Shown: positions 1 to 11,807, numbered from the stretch's first letter. The stretch: DNA of 64,000 nucleotides from Schmidtea polychroa (GCA_044892525.1 CM097885.1:2296001-2360000); one strand, 5' to 3'. Notes: generated by a model not told the origin, from the sequence alone. Made by a program: numbers and translations.

Positions 1-941
1 ACAATGGAATGCAAGCAATGAGAGATGAGGATATCAAATTGCGTAACGAAATTATCAATATCAATGTACAATTTTATTTGTAATTAATTTAATTGATATT
101 TGTGATTGTAGGTGAAATTGTGCAATATTGAAAGGAAAGAGGCGGAGAACAGAGCAGAAATAGAAGAATTGAATGAAGAAATGGTGGCAGTGAAGAATGA
201 GAATCGCTCATTGAGAATGGAGATGGAGACAAATATTGGATCAATCAATCAAGTTTTATTATTGATTTGATTTGTTATTGATTTGTTATTGATGTAAAGC
301 AGGTCAGACATCAAATTGAGGTGATTGAATCAAAATGTCAACAGCAAATTGATGAGTTGAAAGAGAAATGCGAGCAGTCGCTGCAACAGGAGAATGCAAA
401 TGTGATTTATTGATTTTTTAAAATGTTTGAATTTGAGATTCAGTTGCAGCTTAAAATGGCGAAATGCGCCAATGAAATTAGGCTGATTGAAAACAAATTA
501 AGAAATGAAAAATATATAAATTGCGGATTTTTTGAATGGCAAATCGATAAATTATCACAACATAAAAGAGATGTATATATTTACAGCAAGGCATTTTATT
601 CGGGGCCAATCGGTTACAAAATGTGCTTGAGGGTGTTTATTGGGGGTATTTGGGGTAATTGGTTTGCAATTGATTTCTGTTTGATGCGTGGGGTCAATGA
701 TGAGCAATTGGATTGGCCGTTCAAAAAATCAGTGATAATCGATGTAATCGATCCAACAAATGGCAGCATTTATAAGAGCAAGTCAATGAAATATTCAGAT
801 TGGCCTGATAATGCCGGATGGAAGAAGCCGTCAAATGACAGAAATTATCCAATTTACTTTTATTATCGTGATTACTCAATCTATGAATTCGTAGCCAAAA
901 GTGATAATTTGCTGCTCAGGTGCAAAATTGAAAATCTGTGA
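1..941 (+). CDS. TRAF-family gene, 3' part (coiled-coil exons + MATH/TRAF-C domain); 5' end lies outside the window; may be a pseudogene
   Basis: ORF 423-941 has MATH motifs (FEWQID, YSKAFYSGPIGYKMCL, LMRGVNDEQLDWPF). Upstream coiled-coil exons are separated by ~50-nt GT-AG introns. It is collinear with the paralog at 43280-44207. An in-frame TGA near 411 is not cleanly explained by an intron. Confidence 0.8.
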
Positions 942-1937
942 CAAATTTAAACAAACACTTCGATAAAAAATTGATTTATTTTGGCTTTTGTTTTGTTTTA
1001 ATATTTGCCTTGGATTGGTGAATAAATTTGTCTGGATCAGTTTATTGATAAATTTGCCAAATTATAAACTGATTGCAACATTATTAATGCTGTGGATCAG
1101 TTTTAACCGCATTTAATGTTGATTGGATCAAATTGGATCATTTAACCCTTTGATTCCTGGCCTAATTTCTCCCATTTCCTGAGCTACTAGGCGCAAAACA
1201 ATTTTCACTTATCTACTCATTATGCTTGTAACCTTTGAACCGTTTGAGATAATCAAGCCAAATTCGGTATACGTCCTCAGTATCAAACTGCTACATCTTT
1301 TGCACCAGCTTTATGCGCTGAAGTCGAAGGCTGTGGCTTAGTTTTTCGTTTCGGCGGCATTGCTTTAAAAAATAAAAAATTATTTGTACGACAAAAGTTT
1401 GGAATAATTAAATATTTATATATCTATTTTACATACTTACTAAACATAATGAAAAAAGTTGAGTAACTTACCTATTTATTGTTATTATAATAATATTTAT
1501 AACCGAATAATAATAATATAATATCAATAAAAATAATTACCGAATTTTTTTTAAAAATGTATTTTACAAAATGCAAATACTTTCCTTTTCAACTTTCCCA
1601 AAAATCTATTTCTATAATCATAAACGTACTTAAAATACGTGCGCCGTTTATTTCTGTTCGCCCCTAAATATATATAATAACAAGGTATATCATCCCCTAG
1701 AGCAGGGGTTATACGAAGTGCGACCCGCAAGAACATTTAATGGGGCCCACTGATTATTTTTTTGCTATTTTTATAAACATAATGTAAGATCCTTTATTTG
1801 CAAGCACATATATTTGCGAAAAAACATTTTCAATTATGCACTCAAATAAATCGAAGACAAGATCTAAAATGAGTGACAGTCATTTGTTGCCTGTGATCCG
1901 AATTAACACGACATCGTTTGAGCCAAATTTTAATGAT

Positions 1938-2987
1938 AGTAGTAAGATGTGTCACCTCCAGGACATGTCACCTCCAGGACACATATATATAAGTAGGTCA
2001 AGTTAAAATTAAGTAGATCAAGTTAAAATTATGTAGGTCACGACTATATAGGTATTAAAATATGTAGGTCAAGTTACTTTAAATATATGTTACCTCCAGG
2101 ACACTATATAAATAAATAAGTCAAATTAAGTAGGTCACGACTATATAGTTTATAAAAAATATGTAGGTCAAGTTATTTTTAACATGTATCCCTATAATAT
2201 ATACATCATTCAAAAGATATTTGAGAGTAGAGTACAATGATCATACCTTCAAAGGTGTATGGTGAATCCCTAACCTTCAAAAGGTGCAAAACCCTCGAAT
2301 TTTTTCAAACTCTATAATACATGTCATTCAAAAGGTAATTGAGATGTGAGTATGATGGTCATACAATCAAAGGTGTATGGTGAGTCCTTCACCTTCAAAG
2401 GGTCAAAAAATTTCGAATTTTTTCAAACTTTATAATATATATACATCATTCAAAAGGTATTTGAGAGTAGAGTGTGATGGTCAAACCTTCAAAGATGTAT
2501 GGTGAGTCCTTACCCTCAAGTGTCAAAAACTTTGATTTTTATTCAAACTGTAAATTGATCATTTCAACAAATTTTCAATCCCCAAAATAAATTTCCCAAC
2601 TCAAAAATTTCCCAAATTTTAAAAATTCCCAAAAACAATTTTCCCAACTCAAATTTTTTTCAAAAATTAAAAAGTCCCAAAAATGAAATTCCCCAAATTT
2701 CCCAACTCAAAATTTTTCAAATTTTAAAAAGTTTTCAAAACTATTTTCCCAAATTTTCCAACTAAATAGTAAAAGAATGTTTTACAAATTTTTTTTTTTC
2801 CTCGAATACATCAAACCAAAAATTTAACAAGGTTCGTCACACAAATCTAATTCTGAAATCAGACAAATGCATTTAATAAAAATTAAAATCATCGACATAC
2901 ACAACCGCCGCCCGTCCGCCGCCCGCCGCCCGCCCCGAAGGGGCTGGCGCGGTAGTTTGTAAATTTGGTTTAGTTTGAATATTATTA
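1938..2987 (+). repeat. Left TIR of Polinton-1 (imperfect extension to ~3174)
   Basis: Reverse complement of ~19439-20488. Contains TAGGTCA-motif repeats, three ~120-bp tandem units (~2200-2550), TTTCCCAA repeats and a GC-rich box. Confidence 0.95.
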
Positions 2988-3238
2988 TTTGATACATAGT
3001 TTTATTATTTACAATATTCAAAGTATTAATAACAAAGGTAAAGAAATAAATGTTTATAGTATGATACTCATTAATATACATTGAACATGCTTTACATTTG
3101 CGAACATTTTAAATTTGAATTTTAAGGATTACTTTCGATAGATTATATTGAATAATGGTTCATTAAAAAGGTCTCATTTTTTTTTTTCAAAACAATTCAA
3201 CACATGATATTATTACCTGTATTTCCGTTCACTATACA

Positions 3239-4201
3239 CATGATATTATTACCTGTATTTCCGTTCACTATACAAAACAATTCAACAAAAAAAAAATATT
3301 TGAAATAAAAGTTGAGAATGAAGGTTAAATTTGTCTGCGGTAGAAAAATATGGAAAGTAATTATTTTGTAAATACCAACTTAGGAAAATTAAAACAAACC
3401 GAAATAAAAATGCATTATTCAAAACGATAAAATAGAAAATAATTATTTTCTGTATTTTTATTCCCATCTTTTCACTTTAACACGATTGCAGATCTGATAT
3501 GGCGAGGGTCATTGATGACTACCTACAATCTTGGCCATCGATGGACATCTATTTAACTTTTGGTGGCCAACTGTAAACGGGTTCTTATTTTTAAAATTTT
3601 TTTTAAAAAATGCTCTAAAAATAAAATATTTTATTCCCATACAAATAAATTCATTATTTTAAAAAATTTTTGTCAAATATCAATAAATTAAACATGATAT
3701 TATTACCTGTATTTCCGTTTACTATACAACACAATTCAACAAAAAAAAAAAAATAAATATTTGAAATAAAAGTTGAGAATGAAGGTTAAATTTCATAAAA
3801 CAAGGTTAAATGAATTTCTACATCTAAGCTCTAATTTGTCTGCGGTAGAAAAATATGGAAAGTAATTAATTTGTAAATACCAAATCAGAAAAATCAGAAC
3901 AAACCTGAAATAAAAATGTATTATTCAAAACGATAAAATAGAAAATAATTATTTTCTGTATTTTTATTCCCATCTTTTCACTTTAACACGATTGCAGATC
4001 TGATATGGCGAGGGTCATTGATGACTACCTACAATCTTGGCCATCGATGGACATCTATTTAAATTTTGGTGGCCATCTGTAAACGGGTTCTTATTTTAAA
4101 AAATTTTTTTTTTTAAAAATGCTCTAAAAATAAAATATTTTATTCTCATACAAATAAATTCATTATTTTATAAGAAATTTTGTCAAATATCAATAAATTA
4201 A
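3239..4201 (+). repeat. Two-unit tandem duplication (~450-510 bp units) inside Polinton-1
   Basis: catgatattattacctgtatttccgtt starts at ~3203, ~3239 and ~3693. Segments 3239-3692 and 3693-4201 are near-identical apart from a short indel. Confidence 0.9.
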
Positions 4202-4268
4202 AGATAAAATATAATTTCTCATAATTTTATTTGAATAATAATCAAAAGATCCAAAAAGTGAAAAATTG

Positions 4269-4784
4269 CTAATGATGCAAAGGTGGCACAATAATGACTG
4301 GCTTATCGGCATGATGAAGAACGTAATCACTTACACTGCCCAGAAATGTTCGCCTTAATAAACCTTCTCCTCGATTTGCCATTAGTATGACATCAGCCCG
4401 ATGGTCGTGACAGACAGAGATTATGCATTCTCCAACTCTTGAATCCACCCGGATGAAGCCTTTGCATTTCCAACCCTTTTCAGTTAATTTATGTATATAA
4501 TCTATCACTAACGCTTTGCCTTTGTCAATTTGCTTTTGAATTTTCGCATCCAAATCTTCCATCGGCAGCCAGGCAGCCTCCATTCCGATTCCTACAGCAA
4601 TCGTGTTACATATGGGCTCAACTATGTGAATCAAATGAACGACATCATATTTTCTCATCATATTGTTTGAATACTAGTCCAATGCTCATCGGCTGACTTC
4701 ACTTTTGTCGATCGGAATGATTATTATTCTTTCTGATTCATTTTTCATTTCCACCGAGGTTTTTGATCGTTCCGAATCGGTCAT
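4269..4784 (-). pseudogene. Universal stress protein (UspA domain), intronless, two in-frame stops in the N-terminal part
   Basis: C-terminal USP signature ADVILMANRGEGLLRRTFLGSVSDYVLHHADKPVIIVPP. The frame extends to ATG 4784 as ...RIIIIPIDKSEVSR*ALD*YSNNM, with TGA and TAG where R and W would be expected. Confidence 0.88.
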
Positions 4785-5366
4785 TTTTAAATTTCGTTGG
4801 TAAAATATTTCTTATATATCAAATGGACTTGATTGTGGTGTTAGATAATCTCTGACGTAATATTTTAACTAATCACAATTTAAAGTCTATTTGCACATGT
4901 AATGTAAACATTTCAATTTTACAGCAAATAAAAATTATTGAAATTAAAATTAATAAAATAAATTCACAAAAAATAAAAAAGAAATTATTGAATTAAGCCG
5001 ACAATGGGCTTTAGGTTATGAACTATTCTTTATACAATTCCTTTTTAACTCTGATTCCAATTTTCTTACATTTCTATTCGACTATTTCTGTTTTTTTTTT
5101 TTAGATTTTTGTGAAAAGTTGTGGGTTAGGCTGAAAATTAATTAGTAAAAAATTGGCACTTTTTGTGTTGTCGAAATAATTGAAATAAATATTTTAAAAA
5201 ATGTAAAAACTGAAACGTTAAATATCATTGCAAGTTTGCTTGTCTTTTTATTATATGTATCGTGTTGAAATATCTAATTTTTCTTATAATCTATCTATCG
5301 ATCATCTTGTTGCTTTTGAATAATAGTATAAACATAATTATTTTTTCATTTTAATTATTTTCAACC

Positions 5367-5751
5367 ATGTCGGAAAAAGGTAAAATATGAATTTTATGTT
5401 TATTAATTTTTTTTTTATTTAGCATATATAATCAACTTTTTGATTGAAAAATTAGAGGAAATATCTAATGTAAAAATTAGAGAATTTATGAATGTTTCAG
5501 AGAAATTAAAATGGCCGTATTCAGACGATGAAATTAATGAAGATGATATGTCATATGAATCTGAAAATATTTCCCAGCAAGAAGATGAATATACTGATTT
5601 GCCTAGTGAAGAACTTAAGTCATGTATTGAGAATTCTACAACAAATAAATTACCAAATGAATCTAAACAAGAAGATGAATCTATTGTTTCTACTAATTGT
5701 ATTGATCATATTGTTGAAAATATAATGAAAAGAGATTGTATTGAAGATTAA
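5367..5751 (+). CDS. Acidic hypothetical protein, 2 exons (5367-5379, 5423-5751)
   Basis: ATG TCG GAA AAA G|gt, 43-nt intron, ag|CA joins in frame with ORF 5440-5751, which otherwise lacks an ATG start. Confidence 0.6.
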
Positions 5752-5823
5752 TAAATTTAAAACTTTAGTTATTTTCAATGATTTAAAAACACCAAAACAC
5801 TAATAAAGATGTATTAAATAAAT

Positions 5824-6415
5824 TTAACATGAACAATGTTCCTCTTCAAACTTATCTTCGGCTTTTATAATTTTCCAAATTGGTTTGATTCGGTCTCTGC
5901 TTACATTATACCCTTGAATTAATATGGTAACCATGCAGGTTATTTTGCTCATCTTACCACCATTGGAAATCATATCCAAATCGTTTCTAATGAACATATC
6001 TTCATCATCAAATTCAATATTTTCATTGATCCTCTGAAATAATTGTCCCAATAGCATCTTGTCGTGAAACTTGATTTTGGAAAGTCTCACATTGTAGAAA
6101 CATTTTTCCAGAGTTACTGGTTCCTAACAATAAATAATAATAATAAAATCCAAAATAATTTATAAAAACTTACCTTAAATGTATAGGAAATTGGACAATA
6201 CAAATAATTTAGTTTGTATTGCATGAATTCGACTAGTTTTTTTGTATCCACTCGAACATTGACCAAGGTTTCCGTGGATAATGTCGCTTCTTTAAATTTC
6301 CTTTTTCCGAATTCCTGAGCGGCATCTGCATTTTTTCTCTTCAAAACTCCTAGATTAAAAAACTAATAAATGGAATATGTGTAAACGACAACAAACCTGT
6401 AATTTGATTATCCAT
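5824..6415 (-). CDS. Conserved Polinton hypothetical protein, 3 exons (6415-6397, 6349-6174, 6123-5824)
   Basis: 47- and 50-nt GT-AG introns join ORFs 6114-6344 and 5824-6090 in frame (CPISYTFK|EPVTLEK). A homolog with the same intron occurs in Polinton-2 (YPITYSFK|EPVTLKQ). Confidence 0.75.
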
Positions 6416-6617
6416 TTGTAGTTATAATATTTAATAATTTGAACCAGATATTTTATACTAATTTCATTGTAAACAAGTTTCAAGTGAAAGGCATGATCAA
6501 AACGTGATCAACTAGTTCATTTTATGCTAAATAACAAAGTCTGAAATGATTTATTGTACACAAAGAAATATTATAGGTTAATTAAGGTTATCACAAAACA
6601 AATATAATTATATTTTA

Positions 6618-6986
6618 TTACAACAATACATTTTTTCGCAATTCCACAAGTAATGCATGAATTATTTCTCGTTTCTGTAGATTTACAAAACATGTACAAC
6701 TATCATCCCCACAAGTATTCTGCATATTATTTTTACAAAAATCACAATTTTCAACATCATCGGTATAACATGTAATCGTAGCATGATCCATATGAATTAA
6801 ATCTATTACATTTATTCCAGTTATTTCATAAATTTTGTAAAACACAACTTCTGGAGCACAATACATTAAGGAATTGTTCAAATTCGGATAAAAATCTTCA
6901 ATTTTATCAATCAAAATTTTTAGTATAGTTTCTAAACAAAAATCAGTAAATTTAAAATAAAAACAGTTACCTTCATGTTCAATCAT
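6618..6986 (-). CDS. Conserved Cys-rich hypothetical protein (neighbour of the TBP-like gene); probable 39-nt intron 6970-6932
   Basis: Motif FYP..CAPE..KI..TGIN plus C-terminal CxxC/Cys cluster. Homologs at 40645-41052 and 49134-49519. Confidence 0.75.
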   Translation of the reverse strand: MIEHEGNCFYFKFTDFCLETILKILIDKIEDFYPNLNNSLMYCAPEVVFYKIYEITGINVIDLIHMDHATITCYTDDVENCDFCKNNMQNTCGDDSCTCFVNLQKREIIHALLVELRKNVLL

Positions 6987-7491
6987 TGTTGAAAAAATAT
7001 TCAAGCAAATCCTCGTTACTTATATTTGAAGAAATTGTTAAAGATCCAATCAAATCCTTTACATCGTTTATAATTCCTTCAACAATAGTATGAAAATCTA
7101 AATTTTTAATACCTAGTACAACTATTTTACCACTCGAAAATATATTTACACATAGTGGATTATATTTTGTATAACGCAGAGCGGGAAATAATTCAGGCTC
7201 ATATATACAATCTCCATCTAATAACTTTGCTAAATTATTCAAATTAATAGATTGTTCAACCTTGGTAGCTATAGTAAGACTTTGAACTTGAATATCTTTG
7301 ATATTATATTGCAAATTCTCGAATTCGATAGGCTTCTTACAACCCATTATACGACATTTACCATTTTTGAAAAATATAATAGTATATTTTCCAGTTTTGT
7401 CAACATATTGTTGTGGTTTACACTTGGGGAAATTCATCATACCAACAGTTTCCAAAGACACACGACCTCTATAATTAATATTTGTCAACAT
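6979..7491 (-). CDS. TATA-binding protein (TBP)-like protein encoded by Polinton-1
   Basis: Two TBP-type repeats: TIIFFKNGKCRIMGCK and IYEPELFPALRYTKYNPLCVNIFSSGKIVVLGIK, compared with canonical TBP YEPELFPGLIYRM..PKIVLLIFVSGKIVLTGAK. Confidence 0.9.
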   Translation of the reverse strand: MLTNINYRGRVSLETVGMMNFPKCKPQQYVDKTGKYTIIFFKNGKCRIMGCKKPIEFENLQYNIKDIQVQSLTIATKVEQSINLNNLAKLLDGDCIYEPELFPALRYTKYNPLCVNIFSSGKIVVLGIKNLDFHTIVEGIINDVKDLIGSLTISSNISNEDLLEYFFNND

Positions 7492-7546
7492 TTCTACTGA
7501 ATATTTAAAAAATCAAGTATATATATATATATGTTATATTATAGAG

Positions 7547-7996
7547 CAGTGCTCTTCAACCTTTCGCAGTCGTCGGAACCCTTCCAAAAACTTTTGCAGT
7601 CGTCGGAACCCTTCCAATAAAAATTTCCCCATGTATATGTGGGCATGTATATATGTATTCAATTGGGGTTGTCGATGTGGTAATTTATAAAAAAATAATG
7701 CACTTTATAATATAAAATTATTTTATTTAAATAATTAATGGCAAAAATATAAAGTTTAACATAAAAAAAATAGAAATTTGATATTAAATGGTACTCAATG
7801 ACTAGGTTGAGCCTGTTTTTTGCTACAAATTACATTGAAATCTGGTACAATTCTTTTATACTATAAAATATAAATTATTATATGTTTATTTATATTGAAA
7901 ACTTTTTTTATAAGAAATCATAAAATTTGTTCGCGGAACCCATAATTTTTTATACGGAACCCAAGGGTTCCGCGGAACCCAGGTTGAAGAACACTG
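7547..7996 (-). mobile_element. hAT (Charlie-like) MITE, 450 bp, inside Polinton-1
   Basis: TIR CAGTGYTCTTCAACCT with 8-bp TSD TTATAGAG (7539-7546, 7997-8004). Minus-strand remnant IVPDFNVICSKKQAQPSH* resembles a hAT transposase C-terminus. Confidence 0.9.
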
Positions 7997-8065
7997 TTAT
8001 AGAGTAATTAAATCAATTTATTCTTTACGATATAAACAAAATTAATTTTTAAATAAATATTAAAA

Positions 8066-8692
8066 ATGGAACTAAGAAATGATGCTGTATATCAAATAGT
8101 CGGACCAAGTGGTAGCGGCAAAACTTTGTTTGTTTGCAAATTACTAAAATCACATTTATTTAAATCAAAATTTAACAAAATTTATTGGCATCGAGGTGCT
8201 GATCAAGAACACGGATTGACTCAATCAAGTTTCTGTAAATTGAAAAATATGAAAATAGTAGAGGGATTTGATAAAAATTGGTCCAGTAGACTAAAGAAGA
8301 GGGATGTCATAATTATTGATGACTTGTATCAAGAAGCTAATAAAGAAAAGAATTTCAATAATTTATTTACCAAAATCAGTAGACACGTTGGTGTAACTGT
8401 TATTTTTATAACTCAAAATCTATTTCATCAAGGTGGTGCACATCGAACACGTAATTTAAATGTACAATATTTAGTTATTTTCAAGAATCCTAGAGATGTA
8501 ACAGTGATTGATTTTCTTGCACGTCAAGCATACCCTAACAATCGTAATTTTCTTATCAGTGCATTTCAAGATGCTACAAAAATACCTCATGGATATATAT
8601 TTCTTGATTTCACACAACAATGTCCCGATGATTTACGAGTAAAAACAGATATTTTCAACCCAAAAGGTGCCATGGTTTATAAACAAAGTTGA
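8066..8692 (+). CDS. A32/FtsK-like DNA packaging ATPase
   Basis: Walker A GPSGSGKT, Walker B IIIDD, SRH and ITQ motifs. Confidence 0.93.
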   Translation: MELRNDAVYQIVGPSGSGKTLFVCKLLKSHLFKSKFNKIYWHRGADQEHGLTQSSFCKLKNMKIVEGFDKNWSSRLKKRDVIIIDDLYQEANKEKNFNNLFTKISRHVGVTVIFITQNLFHQGGAHRTRNLNVQYLVIFKNPRDVTVIDFLARQAYPNNRNFLISAFQDATKIPHGYIFLDFTQQCPDDLRVKTDIFNPKGAMVYKQS

Positions 8693-8710
8693 AAACCTCT
8701 ATGAATAATA

Positions 8711-9244
8711 ATGTTTCTAAAAGCAAGGGTGAAAAATATTAGGAAATTAAGAAAAAGTATTAAAAAGAGTATTAAAGTTCAAAAGGTTCCACCAACAACT
8801 AGTTATACACCATCTAAAAAACTTGTAACTGAAAATTTCTCTGCAATGAATCTTATTTCGAAAAATCCTAAACCTAAACGTGAAACCCGTAAAACCCGTA
8901 AAGCCGGTAAAAAAGTAATTAAAAATCATCGCAGTTTTCCATTTTTTAATGCATTGTTAAAGGCCCCGAGTATGAAAAGAATGAATATATTGCAATCATT
9001 CCCAAATTTTGTTGTCGATGATTTACTCAATATTATACTTAAAGTAGTCAAAGGCAAAATTAAAATCAGTAAATCAAAAAAGCATTTATTGAGCAAACAT
9101 AGGAAACCTTTGTTATCATTAGTAAATAATAAAAATCGTAAGCAAATGAGGAAAATTATATATAAACAACAAGGTGGATTTATTGGTGCATTGATACCTC
9201 TGGCATTATCATTATTAGGTGGAGTTGTAGGAAATCAATCATAA
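8711..9244 (+). CDS. Highly basic virion core-like protein with a C-terminal GG|F adenain-type site and hydrophobic tail
   Basis: K/R-rich and ends KQQGGFIGALIPLALSLLGG. A homolog in Polinton-2 ends KQQGGFLGTLIPIVLS. Confidence 0.7.
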   Translation: MFLKARVKNIRKLRKSIKKSIKVQKVPPTTSYTPSKKLVTENFSAMNLISKNPKPKRETRKTRKAGKKVIKNHRSFPFFNALLKAPSMKRMNILQSFPNFVVDDLLNIILKVVKGKIKISKSKKHLLSKHRKPLLSLVNNKNRKQMRKIIYKQQGGFIGALIPLALSLLGGVVGNQS

Positions 9245-9305
9245 ACAATGGGTGCTAATCCTTCATTACCTAATTTAAATTTTAATTTTAAATCTTCTTG
9301 CTGTA

Positions 9306-10433
<1,128 letters not shown>

Positions 10434-11438
10434 ATTTTTATACTATTTTACCGAGCAATAGTTGCCCATTAATTCATCTAGACAATCAAGCCAGTAAATT
10501 TATGGTCAATCTCCAGAATCCGATTTCTTTAAATGGTGACTGGGAAGTTGCACTGCAAGATTTTACATTCGTGTACAACACATTCCCATTTTATAGTCAA
10601 TGTAAGATTGATTTCAAAAGGAATATTGTGAAAACATGTAGCGGTATCTTTATTATCAGTAATTATGATAAAACATATCATATTCCGAACCAAATATTAG
10701 ATTCGCATTGCTATATATTTTACAAGGATGGATTAAATATCAGTTGTGATTTTAAACCATTTACAATAACATTCGAAACTATTGAAGATGCCAAACGAAT
10801 GGGTTGCAATAAGCTGAAAAATATTGTTATGGAGACCGAGTATTTATTACGTTTTAATCTATTTGAAGCAAACAGTATAGTGAAAGAAGAAATCAAAATA
10901 TCTGTGTCGTATAATGATGAAGTTGAAGAATCATTCACCTTTGCTGATGAATTATATTTTGATAAACTTGATGTATTACTTAAATATTTAAAGTTCAATT
11001 GTTCACACATATTTAAAAATTTGGAAATTGTGAAAGATTTGATGTTTACCTTCAGTTTGAATGAGGATATTTGCGAAGTTACATTTGATAAAAATTTGGC
11101 AAATTCACTTGGATTAGATAAGCAAAAATATCGAGAAAAATCGACTGGTATACGCAAACCTAGAATACTAGAACATCATCAACAAATGTTCATATATACT
11201 AACATTATCGAACCCATAATTGTTGGTGATTCCAGTGTTCCTCTTTTGAAATCGGTATGGATTGGAAAATATGAACATGATGAAGTTGTCAATATAAATA
11301 TCGATAATCCCATGTATTTACCAATAGCAAGTTCATGTATAAACAATATAGAAATAAATATTCGTGATGATAGTGGAAAACTTATAAACTTTCCAAAAGG
11401 TTCAAAAACTCATTTGACATTACATTTTCGTAAAGTAG

Positions 11439-11807
11439 ATGGCTAATTCTGATATTATTAGTATGTATAGTGATAGCCAATCTGGCGGTGAATTACCATA
11501 TTTTATTGGTAAACAGTACGGATCGGGATGGTTGAGAACAATTGGTAGATTTGCATTGCCTATTCTTAAACGTATTGGTAGTTTTGGTATGAAAACTGCA
11601 AAAGATGTTATTATGAATGAACAGAAAATATTACCATCTCTAAAATCAAATGCTTTAGCTGAATTAGGGAAAGTTTTACCCGGGGTTGCAGGTATGTTTC
11701 AAAAAGAAAAACCTCCAGCTCCAGCTCCAGCTCCAAAACGTAAAAGACATGGAATATCACGTATAAACAAACGAATGAAAGGACATGGAACTATATTTGC
11801 AAAATGA
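11439..11807 (+). CDS. Small virion protein with GG cleavage-like sites and amphipathic helix
   Basis: QSGGELPYFIGKQYGSGWLRTIGRFALPILKRIG is highly conserved with 33107-33508 and lies between the two capsid genes. Confidence 0.75.
   Translation: MANSDIISMYSDSQSGGELPYFIGKQYGSGWLRTIGRFALPILKRIGSFGMKTAKDVIMNEQKILPSLKSNALAELGKVLPGVAGMFQKEKPPAPAPAPKRKRHGISRINKRMKGHGTIFAK

Noticed and set aside
2200..2550. Repeat-spacer array in the TIR
   Set aside because: Whole ~120-bp units are similar along their length, so it is a simple tandem triplication.
2824..3081. 85-aa minus-strand ORF in the left TIR
   Set aside because: It is only the deleted mirror of the RING gene 3' end running into non-coding TIR.
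4662..4784. Stop-codon reassignment in the USP gene
   Set aside because: TGA and TAG are single transitions from CGA and TGG, and TGA/TAA end other genes normally in this window.
6979..7491. TBP-like ORF as the host's own TBP gene
   Set aside because: It lies inside TIR/TSD-bounded elements in syntenic position, is intronless, has a degenerate first repeat, and occurs in three diverged copies.
10720..11157. Antisense ORFs over Polinton and transposase genes (also 27838-28203, 33385-33753, 37461-37766)
   Set aside because: These are shadow frames of real genes with no motifs and no conservation between the two elements.
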